Positions 60,386 through 64,000 of a DNA stretch of 64,000 nt are shown here, piece after piece. The position numbers were made by a program, and so were the translations under genes. The notes beneath the pieces were generated by a model. That model made no database searches and was not told the DNA's origin. It saw only the letters and a program-made list of their open reading frames with translations. The stretch is from contig CAVPPZ010000004.1 of NCBI GenBank assembly GCA_963707305.1, positions 298,590 to 362,589 on the forward strand, given 5' to 3'. Position 1 is the first letter of the stretch, and each line of letters starts with the position of its first letter. Source of the DNA: an uncultured Candidatus Rokubacteria bacterium (GTDB lineage: Bacteria; Methylomirabilota; Methylomirabilia; Rokubacteriales; CSP1-6).

Positions 60386-61553
60386 TCAGATGACCTCGTC
60401 CCTCCGCAACCGCGCGAGGTCGTCGGCGCTGTAGCCGAGACCGCGCAGGATCTCGTCGTTGTGCTCGCCCGACTCCGGCGTCGGCATGCGGACACCACCC
60501 GGCGTGCGGGACAGCGTCGAGGGGACGCGCTGCACCAGCAGGTCGCCGAGCTTGGCGGACTTCACCGGCACCGCGAGCCCGAGGTGTTTCACCTGCTCGT
60601 TCTCGAAGACTTCCTTCACGTTCAGGATCGGCCCCGACGGCACGCCGGCCTGGTTCAGCGCCTCGACCAGCTCGGCGCTCGGTGCGCTTGCCCGTGGCCT
60701 TCTCCAGCTCGTCCGTGAGCTCGTGCCGGTTCTTCGAGCGATCGGGCGGGGTCTTGAAGCGCCGGTCGTCGATGAGGGCCGGCGTCCCGAGCGCCTCGCA
60801 CAGCCGCCGGAACATCTGCTGGCCCGACGCGGCGATGTTGATGTGGCCGTCCGCCGTCTTGAACACGCCGGTCGGGATGCCCGTCGGATGGTCGTTGCCG
60901 GCCTGCGGCGGGATCTCCTTGCCGATGAGCCAGCGCGACGCCTGGAAGTCGAGCATCGTCACCATCGCTTCGAGCAGCGACGTGTGCACCCACTGCCCCT
61001 TCCCGGACTTCGTGCGCTCGTACAGCGCGACCAGGATGCCCTGCGCGAGGAAGATGCCGGCGGTGAGGTCGGCGATCGGAATGCCGACGCGCACGGGCCC
61101 CTGCCCGGGCAACCCGGTGATCGACATCAGCCCGCCGAGCCCCTGCGCGATCTGGTCGTAGCCGGGACGATCACGGTACGGCCCCGACTGCCCGAAGCCC
61201 GAGATCGAGCCGTAGATCAACCGGGGGTTGATGGCCGACAGCGTCTCGTAGTCGATGCCCAGCCGCCGCTTCACGTCGGGCCGGTAGTTCTCGATCACCA
61301 CGTCGGTGGTCGGGATCATCTTCTTCAGAATGGCGACGCCCTCGGGCTTCTTGAGATCGAGCGTGAGCGAGCGCTTGTTGCGGTGCAGGTTCTGGAAGTC
61401 GAACCCGTGCCGGGCGAACGTCTGGTCCGGATCGTCGCGCGACTCCACCTTGATGACCGAAGCGCCCATGTCCGCGAGCTGGCGGACCGCCGTGGGCCCG
61501 GCGCGCGCCCGCGTGAGGTCGATGATCGAGATGCCGTCGAGGGGGAGGGTCAT
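60386..61553 (-). CDS. CoA-transferase family III (CaiB/BaiF/itaconate-CoA-transferase-like), one frameshift near 60680
   Basis: [55 protein letters not shown], then shifted [21 protein letters not shown]...[11 protein letters not shown]. Confidence 0.75.
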
Positions 61554-62437
61554 GGTTTCCTGGTCTGGAGGATCGCCGACGTGCTGATCGACTCGGGGTT
61601 GCGCCGCGGCCAGCGTCCCGCGTCCACCGCGGTGACGAAGTCGAGCACGGCCCGGTTGAACGCGTCCGGCTCCTCGAGGTTGATGGTATGCCCCGATTTC
61701 GGAATGATCACGAGCCCCGCCGTGGGGATCGTCCGCTTCATGTGGATGCCGGGATCGAGACAGGGCTCGTCCTCATCCCCGGTCATGATCAAGGTCGGCA
61801 CGTCGAGCTTGGCCATGCGATCGGTCAGCTCGTACACCGACGGCCGCTGCATCTGGACGCCGCGCATGGTCAGCGCGTGGCCCTTGGCGGACTGCTTCTT
61901 CAGGAGCTCGTAGAACTCCTGCCAGCCCACCGGGTCCTTGTCGCGGAACTGCACGCGCGTGGGCCCGATCGCGTAGGTGTCGGCGACCTTCTCCATGCCC
62001 TCGCGCTCGAACTTCTCCACGATCGACGCGGAGTCGCGACGGAACCCTTCGCGCTCGTCCGCCTTCGACCCGTAGCCGGCGCCCGCCACCACGAGCGACA
62101 GCGCGCGCTCCGGGTACATGAGGCCGAAGTGCAGCGTCGCGTAGCCGCCCATCGACAGGCCGACCACGTGCGCCTTCGGGATCTTCAGCGCGTCGAGCAT
62201 CCCGCGGATGTCCTCGGCCGCCTGCGCCTGCGAATAGGCCGCGGGATCCTCGGGGACGTCGGACGGCGGATACCCGCGCGCGTTGTACGCGATGGTGCGA
62301 TAGCGCCGCGCGAAGAAGCGCACCTGCGGCGCCCAGCTCGCCGCTTCGCCGGCGAACTCGTGCACGAAGATCATCGGGACGCCCTGGCCGACGTCCTCGT
62401 AGGAGAGTTTGACGCCGTTGACTAGCGCGTGGGCCAT
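61550..62437 (-). CDS. Alpha/beta-hydrolase fold protein
   Basis: [27 protein letters not shown] (GxSxG), [26 protein letters not shown] overlap with the CoA-transferase start. Confidence 0.8.
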   Translation of the reverse strand: MAHALVNGVKLSYEDVGQGVPMIFVHEFAGEAASWAPQVRFFARRYRTIAYNARGYPPSDVPEDPAAYSQAQAAEDIRGMLDALKIPKAHVVGLSMGGYATLHFGLMYPERALSLVVAGAGYGSKADEREGFRRDSASIVEKFEREGMEKVADTYAIGPTRVQFRDKDPVGWQEFYELLKKQSAKGHALTMRGVQMQRPSVYELTDRMAKLDVPTLIMTGDEDEPCLDPGIHMKRTIPTAGLVIIPKSGHTINLEEPDAFNRAVLDFVTAVDAGRWPRRNPESISTSAILQTRKP

Positions 62438-62908
62438 GGAAAGTTCACCTCGAGGACGTCGAAGGTCTTCTTGCCGCTGGGGAGCTGCGCGGTCACCGTC
62501 GTCGCCGACACGCTTGCCGATGAGCGTGCGCGCGAGCGGTGACATGACCGAGATGCGTCCGTTGGCCGGCTCCGACTCGTCCGAGCCGACGATCTGATAG
62601 CGCACTTCCTTGCCGCCCTCGTCCTCGAGCCGGACGCTGGAGCCGAACGTGATGCGGTCGCCGCCGGTGGGGGGATCGATGACCTCGGCCGCGCCGACCT
62701 TGGCTTCGAGCTCGTTGATCCGGCCCTCGATGAAGCCCTGTTTCTCACGCGCCGCGTGGTACTCGGCGTTCTCGCTGAGGTCGCCGTGCGCCCGCGCCTC
62801 CGCGATGGCCTTGATGATGGCGGGCCGGTCCTTGTACTTCAGCCGGTCGAGCTCGGCACTCAGCTTCTCGTACCCGGGCCGCGTCATCGGCGTGCGCTGG
62901 ACCGACAT
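62422..62908 (-). CDS. greA: Transcript cleavage factor GreA, one frameshift near 62510
   Basis: [38 protein letters not shown], then shifted [20 protein letters not shown]. Confidence 0.75.
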
Positions 62909-62941
62909 GAGTCTCTTACGTTAACACGCCGGGCCGGACGG

Positions 62942-63382
62942 TCAGGCGGGCCGCGCCTTGACCAGCTGGATGGCGACCAGCGTCATCACGGGCTCGCCGC
63001 GCTGGTTCATGGTGGTGTACGCCATCCTCACGGCGCCGCGATCGGGCTTCGAGCTCGAGCGCGTGACCTCGACGACCCGCGCCACGACGCGCAGCGTATC
63101 GCCCGGCCGCACCGGCTTGAGCCACCGGAGCTCGTCGAAGCCCGGCGATCCGAGGCTCGCGTCGCCGAGCACGCCGGTCTGCCAGAAGAGACGGAAGCTC
63201 AGCGCGGCGGTGTGGAAGCCACTCGCGATGAGGCCGCCGAAGGGCCCGGTGGCGGCGGCGGTGGCGTCGACGTGGAAGGGCTGCGGGTCGAACGTCAGCG
63301 CGAACTCGATGATCTGCGCTTCGGTGAGGGTGATGCCGGGCGACGCGAACTCGTCGCCGGCCTTGAAGTCCTCGAGGTACAT
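62942..63382 (-). CDS. MaoC-like dehydratase (hot-dog fold)
   Basis: MYLEDFKAGDEFASPGITLTEAQIIEFALTFDPQPFHVD, GGLIASGFHTAAL, GDTLRVVARVVEV. Confidence 0.75.
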   Translation of the reverse strand: MYLEDFKAGDEFASPGITLTEAQIIEFALTFDPQPFHVDATAAATGPFGGLIASGFHTAALSFRLFWQTGVLGDASLGSPGFDELRWLKPVRPGDTLRVVARVVEVTRSSSKPDRGAVRMAYTTMNQRGEPVMTLVAIQLVKARPA

Positions 63383-63420
63383 CAGGCTTCTGGACCTTGA
63401 CCGTCCATGACGGTCAACTG

Positions 63421-64000
63421 TTAACTTCGGCGCGGGGCGGGCGGCTTCGACGCGACCTCGACCTTGGCGCCGGCGCGCGCGGCGTCGACCCACGCTTGCC
63501 ACGCCTGGCTCTGCTTCTGCGTGAGCACGTCCTTGCCGACCTTTTCCTTCTCGGCCGCGAACCCGGACGGATCCGGGGGCTTGCGCTCCAGCACCTTCAT
63601 CACGTAGTAGCCCTGCTGCGTCTTCACGGGCTCGGTGGCGACGCCGGGCGCCGTCTGGAACGCGGCCAGCATCGCGTCGCCCGGCAGCTTCTCCGCCGGC
63701 TTCGCCAGCGTGAAGAACGGCGTGTCGCCGGTCGTCGCGCCCGCCTTCTTCGCCGCGGCGGCGAAGTCGCCCGCCTTGGCGTCGGTCGCCAGCTGCTTCG
63801 CGCGTTCGAGGGCGATCGCCTCGGCGCGCTCGCGCTTCAGCGCGGCCGTCACGCGGTCCTTCACCTCCGCCAGCGGCGGCACCGCGGGCGGGAGCGTCTC
63901 GCGCGCCTTGATCACGATCCAGCCCGCCGGCGTCTTCACGGGCGCGGACACGCCGTCGTGCGCCAGCGCGAAGACCGCGTCCGCCATCAGGTCGGGCGCG
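63421..64000 (-). CDS. PpiC/parvulin-type peptidyl-prolyl isomerase (SurA/PpiD-like), C-terminal part only; the gene continues beyond the window
   Basis: HDGVSAPVKTPAGWIVIKARE, QGYYVMKVLERKPPDPSGF. The ORF is open at 64000. Confidence 0.6.
   Translation of the reverse strand, partial: APDLMADAVFALAHDGVSAPVKTPAGWIVIKARETLPPAVPPLAEVKDRVTAALKRERAEAIALERAKQLATDAKAGDFAAAAKKAGATTGDTPFFTLAKPAEKLPGDAMLAAFQTAPGVATEPVKTQQGYYVMKVLERKPPDPSGFAAEKEKVGKDVLTQKQSQAWQAWVDAARAGAKVEVASKPPAPRRS

Overview
This is a high-GC (roughly 70%) bacterial chromosomal window, densely coding on both strands. It has no rRNA, tRNA, CRISPR array or recognisable transposase. Most content is catabolic acyl-CoA metabolism.

The main gene groups, in window order, are:
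- 418-10064: an animal-type haem peroxidase / fatty-acid dioxygenase-like gene with an unexplained N-terminal extension, two FAD-linked oxidases, and a 1387-aa regulator fusing a sigma-54 AAA+ activator core, a Fis-type HTH, a degenerate cyclase-homology domain, a STAND NTPase and TPR repeats. I regard this as the best candidate for an undescribed signalling system.
- 10099-14600: a CoA-transferase / enoyl-CoA hydratase / acyl-CoA dehydrogenase / HMG-CoA-lyase-like operon.
- 34210-39300: a second beta-oxidation-like operon with a double hot-dog hydratase and a paired acyl-CoA dehydrogenase.
- 50761-53082: a MaoC / CitE / Zn-ADH module.
- 19850-23860 (frameshift-ridden) and 45848-49383 (intact): two Dpp/Opp-type peptide ABC clusters.
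- 30810-32980: a LemA-TPM-TPM operon.
- 33006-33820: tandem CheY-like receivers.
- 39307-40808: a pair of DinB_2 genes, one fused to an HExxH domain, followed at 40850-41860 by a lower-GC islet.
- 55080-56223: a standalone DGQHR (DndB-like, ParB-fold) protein behind an AT-rich promoter.
- 56461-58650: glgB, flanked by a ~110-bp inverted-repeat hairpin element with compensatory stem mutations.

A striking technical feature is the large number of single-base frameshifts concentrated in two zones (19.8-28.6 kb and 49.4-58.7 kb). Other stretches are completely intact. This suggests local indel sequencing error more than pseudogenisation.

All product assignments rest on recognising conserved motifs in the translated ORFs. 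No database search was possible.
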